Under the pieces are notes generated by a model, which did not search any database, was not told where the DNA came from, and saw only the letters and a program-made list of their open reading frames with translations. DNA of 63,553 nucleotides, counting the filler. It is 11 parts of 11 records of this genome, joined end to end, with 100 filler letters (N's around TTAATTAATTAA, not from the genome) between each part and the next. Parts side by side here need not be neighbours in the genome. Positions count along the whole stretch, not along the records: positions 1 to 12,316 come from SRR7504441_20965; positions 12,417 to 17,832 come from SRR7504441_21126; positions 17,933 to 23,020 come from SRR7504441_21145; positions 23,121 to 28,741 come from SRR7504441_21154; 7 more parts are not named here. One strand, written 5' to 3'. Positions 10,761 through 23,257 of this stretch are shown one piece after another. How positions within the stretch are numbered: position 1 is the first letter of the stretch; the number at the start of each line of letters is the position of its first letter. The translations under genes were made by a program, and so were the position numbers.

Positions 10761-12026
10761 ATGACCAGCCAGGCGGTGGCGGTGCTGCTGCTGGCGGTGC
10801 TGCTACTGGCGGGCCGGGCCGAGCCGCCGCGATGCCTGGAGCTGCTGCACTTCGGGCCGGCTGGCGGGCCCCGGGCCTGGTCGCTCCCCGCCGACTGGCC
10901 CGGTTTTGAGATGCTGCGGCGGCACAAACTCGACAAGCTCACCGACCGACTCCCGAGCAGCCTCGGCCGCCGGCTGGGCGTCCCGCTGGCCGACTACCTG
11001 GCCGGACCGCCCAACGGCCGACCGGACCAGCTCTTCTGGACAGCGAGTACCGGGGCGATGCCGCCCAGCGGACAGTTCGAGCAGCTGGTGGCCGCGAGCC
11101 CGGTGGTGCACCCGGTGGCGCAGCGGATCCAGCAGCGACTGGTGGCCTCGGTCGGGCTGAACGGCTCGGGATCGATCGGCCACCGGCACAAGCAAACGTG
11201 GTTCGCGCTGGCGCACGGGCGCAAGCTGTGGCAGATGGCACCACCCGAGGCGCCGGAGCCCAAGGGCTCGGCCTGCGGCTGGACCGGGTGGCTGAGCTGC
11301 GTCCAGTCCCCCGGCGATCTGCTCTGGCTCCCTGATCAGTGGTGGCACCAGACTTGCAACATTGGCGGTTACACGGTCGGGGTAGGCGCGCAGGGTCGAA
11401 CCGACCTGTGGCCGCGGGCGGTGCTCGCGGCCCGGGCCGCTAATCTGAGTGCGCTGGGCGGGATGAGCGTTGAGGAGCTTGTTCAACCCGGTCCGGACGG
11501 GGCGAATGCTCTCCACCACGCAGCTAGCTGGGGGCACACGCAGGCGGTGCGGCTGATGCTGGACAGAGGGGTGCCCGCAGATAGTCGGGCTGACAGGTCC
11601 GAGTACGGGGACGGGATGGGCTACTTGCTGCAGGCCGGCGAGGGCCGAGCGCCGCTGCACTTTGCGGCGCAGGCCGGCCGGATCTCAGTTCTGGAGGCGT
11701 TGCTAGAGGCCGGCTGCGACCCGACGGCAACTGACAGCAGCCACAGCGCCAGCCCAGCCCACCTTGCTGCGCACTCGGGGCACTTGCAGGTGTTAGAGCG
11801 GCTGGAGCGAGCCGGGGCCCCGCTGGATCCGTGGGATGCCAATGGACTTTCGCCGTATGATCTGGCCAAGGAGAGGCGGCAGCAGCATGTGGCGCACTGG
11901 CTAGAGCAACGTGGAGCGCGCGGGCAGGAGTCAAACCTCACTGCGGCCGTATGCGGATTGGTGGCTGCAGCGATGTTTGTTTATTGGAAACGATCAAAGC
12001 GTAGACCAAATCGGCCACACAGCTAA
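10761..12026 (+). CDS. Signal peptide + JmjC (JMJD8-like) + ankyrin repeats + C-terminal TM
   Basis: MTSQAVAVLLLAVLLLAGRA signal. GSIGHRH...GRKLW...CVQSPGDLLWLPDQWWHQTCN JmjC core. Ankyrin motifs NALHHAA, APLHFAA, SPAHLAA. AAVCGLVAAAMFVYWKRSKRR TM with basic tail. Confidence 0.85.
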   Translation: MTSQAVAVLLLAVLLLAGRAEPPRCLELLHFGPAGGPRAWSLPADWPGFEMLRRHKLDKLTDRLPSSLGRRLGVPLADYLAGPPNGRPDQLFWTASTGAMPPSGQFEQLVAASPVVHPVAQRIQQRLVASVGLNGSGSIGHRHKQTWFALAHGRKLWQMAPPEAPEPKGSACGWTGWLSCVQSPGDLLWLPDQWWHQTCNIGGYTVGVGAQGRTDLWPRAVLAARAANLSALGGMSVEELVQPGPDGANALHHAASWGHTQAVRLMLDRGVPADSRADRSEYGDGMGYLLQAGEGRAPLHFAAQAGRISVLEALLEAGCDPTATDSSHSASPAHLAAHSGHLQVLERLERAGAPLDPWDANGLSPYDLAKERRQQHVAHWLEQRGARGQESNLTAAVCGLVAAAMFVYWKRSKRRPNRPHS

Positions 12027-12316
12027 TAGATAAATAATCCGCTTTTGATGGAGAAATGGTGATTCAAATTTTTATTTGAATTATCAGACCACTCTCGTCC
12101 GTCCGCGGGTGCACAGTATACCTACCGACCAGCCCATCGGCTTGACTTCGGCTTGACAAATCTCGGCGGGGCCAGACGTGCTCGCTCTCTCCGAGCTCCG
12201 CAAGAGGTCGAGCTGTCCAGAGGCCGTTGCCGGCAAAGGCGTAGGCAGCCGTCGGGGAATTTTGCTGGCATGCCGGCCAAGGACCAGACGCAGCCACTGG
12301 TGGGGGACGAGCCGCA

Positions 12317-12416
12317 NNNNNNNNNNNNNNNNNNNNNNNNNNNNNNNNNNNNNNNNNNNNTTAATTAATTAANNNNNNNNNNNNNNNNNNNNNNNNNNNN
12401 NNNNNNNNNNNNNNNN
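12317..12416. other. Artificial contig spacer (first of ten)
   Basis: 44 N + TTAATTAATTAA (stops in six frames) + 44 N. Identical spacers at 17833-17932, 23021-23120, 28742-28841, 32119-32218, 38985-39084, 42981-43080, 47754-47853, 50924-51023 and 59007-59106. Confidence 0.98.
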
Positions 12417-13144
12417 GGAGGACGAGGAGCTCAAGAGCATCCCGCACTATGTGCGGCACAACCGCTGCTTCGAGGGCACGCTCAAGCGCGGTGCGCCCGG
12501 CCAGTGTCGACACGCCCGACTGCTGGCAGGCGACGCGCCGCCCGACTGCAGGGTGGTCGCGCTCGATAAGACCGAGACGAGCCTGCGCGGACTGATGAAT
12601 CGCACAGGCAGCCGGGCACAGCGGTACCTGCTGAGCTGGTGTGGCAGGGCCTGTGGTGCTGCTCGGAGCGTCGCACACCTGACCCCCGTTCCGGCTGTCG
12701 CAGCCGCTGCTGCAGCAGCTGTACGCCCAGTACAAATCGGAGGTCCAGTTCCTGCTGGTGTATATCGCTGAAAGCCACGCCGTGGACGAGGTGCGGCCCT
12801 GTGCCTCAGTAGTCCCTCATGTGCGAGCAGTGGCCTGTCGGTGAGACCATAATTAAAAAGCAGCACACCAACACCCCGGAGCGAATCACGGTGCCCAGCC
12901 GGTGCCCCGACGCACGCTCAGCGTGTGCATGCAGGCCTGCGAGGAGTGCCTGGAAGACTTTGGGCTGCAGTGGCCGACGGTGGTTGACTCTGCTGACAAC
13001 GACTTTCACCAGACGTACGCCTGCTGGCCGATCAGGTTCTACTGCATCCTGGATGATGTGCTGGACGTGGTCGCTACCCCCAACGGCGATTCTGGCTACG
13101 ATCTGCGGGAGATAGAGCATTGGGTCGAGCGCGTCCTCCCGTGA
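12417..13144 (+). CDS. Iodothyronine deiodinase-like selenoprotein (5'-partial), Sec codon TGA at 12680-12682
   Basis: Removing introns 12491-12529, 12608-12647 (GC-AG), 12791-12830 and 12891-12934 gives ...GDAPPDCRVVALD...GPVVLLGASHT-U-PPFR...VQFLLVYIAESHAVDEW...KQHT...ER...VVDSADNDFHQTYACWPIRFY...GYDLREIEHWV*. This matches the deiodinase motifs SCTUPPF, YIEEAH and DxMxN..YxAxPERL. Confidence 0.92.
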
Positions 13145-13164
13145 AGCCGACTCAATGATGGGCA

Positions 13165-13254
13165 CCACACTGGATCGTGCGGGCATATGACTGCTTGTGA
13201 GTAATCCCGACTGGAGCTCACAAGCACGAGCCTCACCTGCACCGACCCGTGTGG
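13165..13254 (+). promoter_or_regulatory. Eukaryotic SECIS element (type II-like) in the deiodinase 3'UTR
   Basis: ATGA core 13187-13190. Perfect 10-bp helix TGCTTGTGAG (13192-13201) / CTCACAAGCA (13217-13226). Unpaired AA 13203-13204, apical ministem TCC/GGA, 3' GA 13228-13229. Lower helix GTGCGGG/CCTGCAC and outer CCACAC/GTGTGG. AATAAA follows at about 13256. Confidence 0.9.
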
Positions 13255-13328
13255 AAATAAATAAAATTAGAATCCAGCTTTGTAGATTGCCGTTGGGAGC
13301 CGTCAGCCCGAGCACTCGACGCTGACAC

Positions 13329-14181
13329 ATGGAGCATGTGGATTTCCATCGTGCCCAGGCCAGGCCTGCAGAGGTGCCCCGGTGCAGGCCCACCAGCAGG
13401 GAGCCACTGTCCAGGGGGTCGCCGTCGAAGTCGATGGCGGCCTGACCGCCCCGCCCCCGGCACCGCCGCTGGCCGAGCCGTGGCTAAGTCGGTGGGCCTT
13501 GAGTCTGCTCCTGAGTCTCTGGTGCAGCGCAAGCGGCCGATGCGGTCAACCTATTGAAGCCGGAAACTGGCATCCAGGAGACCACCCAGGCAGCCGGCCC
13601 TGCAGGTGCGGGCGAGCCCGCGCAGGTCTTTCGGCGGGTGCACGGGGCGATGATCGTTCTCTGGTCGGGGCTGGACCAAGCCCTCGAGCTGGTGCCCCGG
13701 CTGCCGGGCAGGTGGGAGCCCCGGGGGCAGCACAGCGGGCAGGGCGGCGAGTATGAGAGCAAGGCGGGCGAGATGAAGAAGGTGTTTGACCGACTAACTC
13801 AGGAGATGCGCAAGTGCGAGGTGGCAGCCCGCAGGCACGGCGCGACCGGGCGGAGCAGGCGCATGCCAAGGCGCTGGACCGCGCATCGGTTGCGTCGCCG
13901 ATGGCGGAGATTGTGAGCCTGGAACTGCAAAAGATGGAGAAATTCGGTCAGCTGGAGGTGCAGCCGTGCGATCGGTGGTTGCTGAATAGCAGCGCAGGAC
14001 AACTTGCAGGAGTGCGAGAGCGAAGAGGATCACAAAGGACTGAAGGCACGCCGCAGTAGCATTGGGCCTGACCGCTGGTCAGGAAATCAAAGCTCGGATA
14101 CAGCGGCAGCGCAACGAGCTTGAGCAAGTGATTCGGGAAGCGTTTGATGAAATGCAAGCAGGCTTGTGTGACGACTATTAG
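13329..14181 (+). CDS. Multi-exon helical/coiled-coil protein, possibly REX1-B-like
   Basis: Spliced model MEHVDFH...VFRRVHGAMIVLWSGLDQALE...EYESKAGEMKKVFDRLTQEMRKCE...EIVSLELQKMEK...VIREAFDEMQAGLCDDY*. Needs a GC-AG intron at 14046-14082. Family assignment is weak. Confidence 0.55.
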
Positions 14182-14389
14182 CCTTGTACGCAGATCATGA
14201 GTACTAGTTCATTTCGAAGGAGCGGTAACATATTTTGAATTTTTTATTCAATTTGTTTTTCTTTTGTTGCACACTTCATATTGGACCTACGGAGCGATTT
14301 GGCCTGATTAATTTAAAGTGACATGCGGTACGTAGTGCGGCACTTGGTTGCCGGTGCATCCGAATTCGAAGAGATTCCGAGCCTATTGC

Positions 14390-16372
<1,983 letters not shown>

Positions 16373-16698
16373 GCGTGAATCAATCGTGGTCCTCGCTCGA
16401 GGAAGGCAAGGTTCCGTTGGGTTCAAGACTTTCGCGCCGTGTTTGGGCTACAGGGTTCGCTTGCCTGCTAAACGCTGAAATCCGAGGTCGATGTTCAATT
16501 TCTGGACACATCGAGCTAAACCGATGTTACGACCGGGGGCGGCAACAGTGGGCCTAAGTATAAGGAAGCTCTTCTTCATAATATAAAAACAACACAATTA
16601 TAGATCGTCGAGAAAGTGTCGCTCGGTGCAATCGTTGCAAGCCTCACGTGCATCAGCGCTCTAGAGTCCTCAATCTCTCCTCAGCTGAGCGTTCGAGC

Positions 16699-17730
16699 TC
16701 ACTGCGGAGGAGCACCCGAGGGGGGACGCATCCCTGGAGGCGGCATGCCCGGCGGCGGCCGCATCCCCGGAGGCGGCATCCCTGCAGCACACAGCTCAGC
16801 AAGCCCGGTACCGAGCAGGTCTCACCCGGCGGCGGTGCCCCTCGCCCCATCATCCCTGGCGGAGCTCCCATCCCAGGGGGCGGCGGCCGCATCCCCGGTG
16901 GTGCCCCCATCCCCGGTGGCGCACCCATGCCTGCTGGCGGCGGCGGCCTCATCCCTGGAGGGGGTCCTGCTCCCCTACCGTAGCTCACTGGAGCGCCTGC
17001 CATCTACAAGCCAGCGGGTCAAGCCGCTCGACGGGGCGGGGCGGGCACCTGAGGTTGCATCATCCCGGGGTCGGGACCGCCAACCCCACGGACAGGACCT
17101 GCGCCTCAGAGCTCGCCAGGCCAGACTGACGGGCGCACCAGAGAGCCCGGCAGGGGCGCCAGACATCGGTGCCGTCGGCAGTCCACGGCCAGCTGCACGG
17201 CCCATCCCCGGACCGCCCTGCATCTTGCCCTCCTTCTGCACAGGCACCGGCCCGGTCACGGCCTGAGTGGGGGCAAGCCCGCGCACACCTCCTTGGGCGG
17301 CGGGCCTTCCACCGAGAGGGACACCACAGTCTCGCCGCGGACCAGCACCAGTCCGAGCATCCGCTTCTCCTCGCGCTCCTCGCCTGCCACACGCCCGCTG
17401 TTCAGAACCGAGCCACACCACCGCGACAGTCTGTCGACAGCTATCGACGGGCGCGCTTACCGCCCTTCTTCTTGTTGATGATCTTGCGGTACTCCTCGCA
17501 GTCACCGAGCACCAGGTTCATGTGGCGGTCGAAGGCCATAAACCGTCCGATCTGCTCGCGCTGAGTGAGCACCGGGGTCCGGGAGCCGGGCGGGGGCGGA
17601 CCAGGTGCCGGTGGTCCGAGATGGTGACGCGCATCCGGTAGTTGATGTGCTGGAGCATCTTGCTCTGCCGGTTGATACTCTGCCCCCCAAGCCACAGCTC
17701 AGCCTTGCTGCGCCTTGGCGAAGAGACCAT
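16699..17730 (-). CDS. SNRPB: Small nuclear ribonucleoprotein SmB/B'
   Basis: Seven introns. Spliced product [51 protein letters not shown]...[29 protein letters not shown], then GRAAGRG and PPPGMR repeats. Confidence 0.95.
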
Positions 17731-17932
17731 GGTGGCAAGCTCGGGAGGGCGAGTGCTCGGCGCGCTCGTGCGCACAGTAACGGAATTCTATCAAGACCTT
17801 GATATCAATGGTGGACCTAACCCTGCGGGGAGNNNNNNNNNNNNNNNNNNNNNNNNNNNNNNNNNNNNNNNNNNNNTTAATTAATTAANNNNNNNNNNNN
17901 NNNNNNNNNNNNNNNNNNNNNNNNNNNNNNNN

Positions 17933-18796
17933 GGCCACTCGCTGGCGGTCAGCTGTGTCCAGGCCACCCAGCTGCTCAACACAGCCGCCAGTCGCTGGCG
18001 GATGAGCCCGGGGGCTGCCGGAGGGTTCGGGCGGCACGCAGTGCACACCATGCTGTACACCTCGTTCCTCAAAGGCGAGGAGCGGGTCACCGCCACGCTG
18101 GCCGGGCCTGACGGGGCCGAGCTGACCGTCGAGTCCGGCAAGCGGGGCGAGAGCCGGGGGTACAGCCACCCGTCGCAGGGTGAAGGCTGGCGCGATCAGT
18201 GGGACGGGAGCATGCGGGTGCTGCGGTACCTCACCAACCAGCCCCGGCCGCACAGCACGGTGACCCAGTTCAGTGGGGGGATCGATCGAGCCTGGAGCGG
18301 GTTTGTCCGGGCCGGGGAGGCGACTTCCGCGGAGACTTTAGTCCAGCTCGACACCGACGGTGGGCAAATAGCCTGGGCCGGTGGGCTGGCGGTGCGCGCG
18401 GTCGCCGCGCAGGGTGGGCGGACGCCGGTGGAGGGGGACAGTGGAGAGCTCTTAGAGCGACTCAGACCTATCTGGGCAGAGGCGGGACTGAGGGCGGCGA
18501 TGGGGGGGGCTGAGTCGACCGAGGCGAGGCTGATGCGGGCGGTCCGCCTGTTGGTGGCCGAGCCGCTCGGACTGGAGCTGCGGCCGGAGCAGGCGGAGTG
18601 CTGCCGGCAGGATTACTATTGCCCGTGCGGTCTGAGAGACCATGCGTCGTTGCTGCTGGGGAGTCTGGGTGAGCAGGAGCTTCGGAGGCTTGCAGAGGAG
18701 CCGCAGACCAAGCAATCGGGCGGGGTTAGTCTAGAGTGCCACATGTGCAATGCGCGGCATCTCGTCCCCTTAGAGGTCCTCGAGTCGCGGCTCTGA
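17933..18796 (+). CDS. Hsp33 (HslO-like) redox-regulated chaperone, 5'-partial
   Basis: LKGEERV, GESRGY, AGGLAV and C-terminal YYCPC...LECHMC (CxC + CxxC zinc centre of Hsp33). Confidence 0.85.
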   Translation, partial: GHSLAVSCVQATQLLNTAASRWRMSPGAAGGFGRHAVHTMLYTSFLKGEERVTATLAGPDGAELTVESGKRGESRGYSHPSQGEGWRDQWDGSMRVLRYLTNQPRPHSTVTQFSGGIDRAWSGFVRAGEATSAETLVQLDTDGGQIAWAGGLAVRAVAAQGGRTPVEGDSGELLERLRPIWAEAGLRAAMGGAESTEARLMRAVRLLVAEPLGLELRPEQAECCRQDYYCPCGLRDHASLLLGSLGEQELRRLAEEPQTKQSGGVSLECHMCNARHLVPLEVLESRL

Positions 18797-18880
18797 TGAA
18801 TAAACTACGGGAATCAATCAAATCATGCAAAATTTGCCATGTATAATTATCTGGAGTACTGGTACGAGTACAGATTTATA

Positions 18881-21800
18881 CTATCCTCGTATCCTCTTGA
18901 AAAAGAGCATCGCTAATATCCAACTCAGAACCAAAGCGAGAAACGCACATAGAAGCTGATTTGTTGCTAGGCTCACCGACGTAATAGGCTCTCCGTCACA
19001 CACACGCTGCTCGTGACTTATCGGGACCTCTTGCCAAGCGGGCATCCCTTTGGGCGCATGCAGATACCATGTCGACTGGTCGGCGCCACTTAAATTCGAA
19101 AGACAGCTCGAGAAATTGTCCAAGTTCTGGTGGCTGTTAGAGTAGGAGATGATTTGGACTCGGCTCGACAGCGCAGAGCTCTGCCACATGCCTGCAAGAT
19201 CCAGCATGATCTTGGCTACTGCACCGTTGTCTTGCCACTCAGGGCCAGGAACTTGATCACTCTCAAGCTTCAGGCTGTTGGTGTGCGCTGTTGGCGTCAC
19301 TAGATGGACAGATACATTCACGCCCTGTCGCCACGACGGGCAGTCGTGGCCTGCAGCAAGCTCCTCATTCAGCAAGATGCTCGACCGCTTAGCGTCTTGG
19401 TAATCCCGCCACAGCGCCTCGTCTGTTTGGCCATACAAAGAAAGCACTACGATCAGCTCCCTCGGTCGCGTCCTGCACTCGTACAGCACCCGACCTGCAC
19501 TACGGACGAGCGCTGCACTGTAGCATGCCCACAGTGCCCGCTTGCCACCACAAGCACCGTCGTCAAGCTGCTGCTGCCACTTCTGCTTTGGCCAAAACCA
19601 AGTGCCACCATCGGCAGTGCTCTTGAATAGCCGTCCGCAGAGAAGGTCAGTCAACTGTTGAAAATTCTGGCCCACGAATACAGTCTCGTCCAGGTGTGAA
19701 ACCAGATCAGCCGTCTGCATGCTACCTGGCCGGGCCCACAATAACAGCCGGCTCTGATCTGCGCACTGTGGCAAGTTTTTAACCCAGCGCTGCAGTTCTA
19801 CGTCCCAGTATTTCTCGAATAGGTGAACAAGAAGTGTCGTGTCCTTTCCCAGGTACACACTGCTCAGCGCAGCCCCTAGCTTGGCATGCACCCAATTCAC
19901 AGAAGCGTCACTGGCGTCGGCCTTCAGAGGGACTGGCTTGGCAAACCACTGGCTAAACACTTCCACAGGGCACTCCGACTTGTATTCCGAGGCACCAGTG
20001 CCAATGCAGCACTCCACCCTATCGTTCTCTTCGACTACGGCCTTGGCCAGGTCCGACTGATCTGCACTGGCAGCTACATGGCCCACCTTGCCATGTACAC
20101 GGATCTGCCAGGTTACCTTGTCATGGAAGAAATCGGCTACTAAGGCCCGAAGATGCTGCTGAAATGCTGCAAGGATTGCTGAGGCAGACTCAGCCCCACT
20201 TAACACGTCTACATGAATTGCTTTGTGCTTCTGTTGCATTCGGAACGAGTAGTCGCCCCAGCAGACAACTGCCAGATGCCTGAATAATGTTGGGGGATAC
20301 GTGGATCCAATTTCAGCCGAATGCCGAACCACAAGAGACTGCAGCATCTCGAAAAGGCCTGCAGGGGGTATCGCTTCGAACAGTATGCTAATTCTGGATT
20401 CCTCCTGAATGTCCGCAGCTGAGGTTTCTTTGATGTGATTTGGTGGCTCTGGAAGCAATGCTGGGACCAGATACTCTGAGCCATTCGAGACCGGTATTTC
20501 ACAAATGAGCCGGAATCTTTTCATTAACCGGATCAGAAACTGTTGGGTCTTTGCTGGATGCTCAACAAGGAGCAACGCAGCCAGCTCTGGAAGCAAGACG
20601 CCGTATCCAGTCAGTAGCCTCCAGCAGTGCTTGAGCTCAGCGGCTGCACGCTTGTCTTGCTTGTGGCGATGCTTGCTGAAGTCACGAATAAAAGCTGTGA
20701 AGTATTGTACAGTTGCTTGAGGAGGTGCAATCACGTACTGGTCCAATCCAGGTGCGTCGTAGTAGAGCACTTCGCCGATGTTGTGGAACGTGGAAAGCAT
20801 CACCTTAATTTTCTCTGGCTTCACTCCAAACGAGATCGCTAGATCAGCCACCTTGGAAAAAGCCATGACACTTTTGCCTTCATCTCCCTGCTGCTGCAGC
20901 GCATCAAGTACTCGCACCCATCTGAAGGGGATCTTCCGGCTGATTCCCCCAAATTTATCCTCGGCTATAACTGCTTCTACCGAACCTCGCAGTTGTGCCA
21001 CGCTCTCATGCTCAGTCGTGCCGTCGCCCTGCGTGTTGTCAATGGCAAAGAAGCACCGATTCTGACACTCATCAAACTTCAATTCCCTCCATGAGTCTGG
21101 GTGCGTTTTGCTTAAATGCGCCTCTAACCTGCAGACTATCGGGTCAGGGCAGCAAAGGGAGGAACACACCTGCTCGAGAGCCCATCTAGCCACTGTGCAC
21201 ACCGCTCCTCGCAACGGAAGGTTTGCTTCAGTAAGTCGAGCCGAGAGAAGCAGAGCAGAATCACGCTGCCATCTGTGTGGATGGCGGTAGTCGACAGCCT
21301 GCCCTCTAGTTCTGTCCTCGCCCTAGTTTCGTGGTTGTAAAAGTCCATCAAACTCACCACATGGATGACTGACCCGTTCCTAGAGAACAGCAATGCTTGA
21401 GTTGAACCGAATACATCTTGTCCAGCATTGTCCCAAATTCTAAGTCGGCAGCCACGGTGCTCCCACTTACCGATGTATGTGTTAATGGCAGCATAGTCCA
21501 CCTGCTGCTGCAGCCCTGAGCCATTGTCACAGTCGCGCTCGGGGCCTGACTCGTTCCGTGCTGCGTCTAAGTCAGAAGAAGTGGCGGCCGATGACGGCAC
21601 ACTTGTGCACTCACCACTGGCGTTTGCACCGGTAGAGCGAACATCAGCACTCAAAGTCGCCCGATCGTCATTTTTTGTGGTGACTGGTCTGGAGCTTTGC
21701 TCAAGCAGGACACCCGCAAGCGCAAGCTCGATTTCCTTAACATCCGGTTCGTCTTTCCATCCCGCTGTGTTGACATCCTGCGTGGTGACGGAACTCAACT

Positions 21801-22896
21801 CCACGAGCTCTGTGCTGTCGTGCCCCGGGTTGAAGCTCTGCTTCATCAAGCTCCGCACTAGCGAGGTCTTCCCCGCCCCCGAAGGCCCGACTATCGTCAG
21901 AGCAAATCTGTTCAACGCAATCATCGCCCGCTCCGCTAACCCACACGACTGCTCTATTGCACTGTAATTCACCAGCAGCTCGCACGCTTCGTTCAGCGCC
22001 CTGGCCGCCTCCGGCTTGCGATTAGCTGCGGCCACTTCTCCCAGCGTTCCCGGCACCAGCTCCAGTCCTGCGAAGCGCTGCCCGACTCTCGCAAAACCCG
22101 CGATCGGCCCAAAGCTCCAGACGCAGCCTTCGTCGCTGCGTGCAGCCCTTGCTGCCACCCCCGACCCTTGCCGCCACCCCCTTCCCTCCTCGGCGCGGAA
22201 GCAAGCCCCGACGAGCGACGGGTTCTGCTCAGCCCACGCGGCTGCACTGCTGTAGCTGTCTCGCTTTATCGCGGACCAGATCGGACCGAGCAGCGCTTCG
22301 GCCTTGCGCCGGAGCTTATCGAGAACCTAATACTATCTACCCGCACACTAGCAATCTCACCAGGCACGCCCCGCCCCACCCGCCGTGCAGCTCCAGCTCG
22401 AGCTGGCAGCCAGCCCAGCCCGCACAACCTGCACAACCCCACAGCCAGCACAGCCCCTCTCCAGCGGCGCGAAGCGCCCCTTCAGAAACTTGGGGGGCGG
22501 CATCCCGGGGGCAAATCGACCCGCTCCTGCAACATAAGCACCCGTAAAGAACCGCCGAAAGACGGCGGACCCGATGGGCACACTCCTGAGTACGTGCAGG
22601 GCGGGGCGCGTACCGTCGGGCTGCAGAACCACACGAACGCGCCGTCTCGGGCACCGCGCACCTGCCCGATCATCGCGGTCAGTCCTGCCCGGCCGGCGGC
22701 AACTCGCCTTGGTCCATAGCAACGATCTGGCGCCGGCGGTCCGGACCGCGGAGCAAACCGCTGCCGGCTCACCGGTGGGAAACGGTTCCCCCGCAATCCC
22801 CCGAGACCGTTTCCCACCGCCCGAACGACGGCGGCGGGCACGCCCGGGCCTCTGCAGCCGCACTGGGCTCACCCATGAGATGGCCGACCTGCCCAT
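18881..22896 (-). CDS. Roco protein (Roc GTPase + COR) with C-terminal TM; 5' exons uncertain
   Basis: IVGPSGAGKTSLVRSL, HDST, LRIWDNAGQDVF. Intron 21130-21170 joins to FFAIDN...KIPFRWVRVLDAL...MLSTFHNIGEVLYY...YLVPALLP (COR). Terminal LLCAFLALVLSWILAMLFFKRIRG. Confidence 0.88.
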
Positions 22897-23257
22897 CCCC
22901 TCACACCAGTCAGCGGACCAACTCAGCGGCCGTCGTGCCGGCCTGCAGAACGGCTCTCAGTGAGAGAGTCCAATGACCGTTTTCCTAGTGCCGTTGCTCA
23001 AACGGTATAAATATCAGCTCNNNNNNNNNNNNNNNNNNNNNNNNNNNNNNNNNNNNNNNNNNNNTTAATTAATTAANNNNNNNNNNNNNNNNNNNNNNNN
23101 NNNNNNNNNNNNNNNNNNNNCAGGCCGTGGTCCACTTGAGGTGCTTCCACGCGGGAACTTCAATGGTTGGCACAACATCGCTCGACGACATGTTGCAAAA
23201 ATTGAATTTGTGTCCGAACTGAAACCTCTTGACCTCTTGAGCGCCAGCTGCAGGGCA

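Noticed and set aside
12680-12682. Genome-wide UGA reassignment
   Set aside because: TGA is the normal stop for SmB, Hsp33, the SNARE and the deiodinase itself; only this codon has a SECIS and a catalytic-site alignment.
16700-16970. GC-rich tandem-like repeats
   Set aside because: They encode the normal [10 protein letters not shown] tail of SmB.
16699-17730. Introner-like mobile introns
   Set aside because: Introns are similar in length, but I see no shared internal sequence, TIRs or TSDs among those read.
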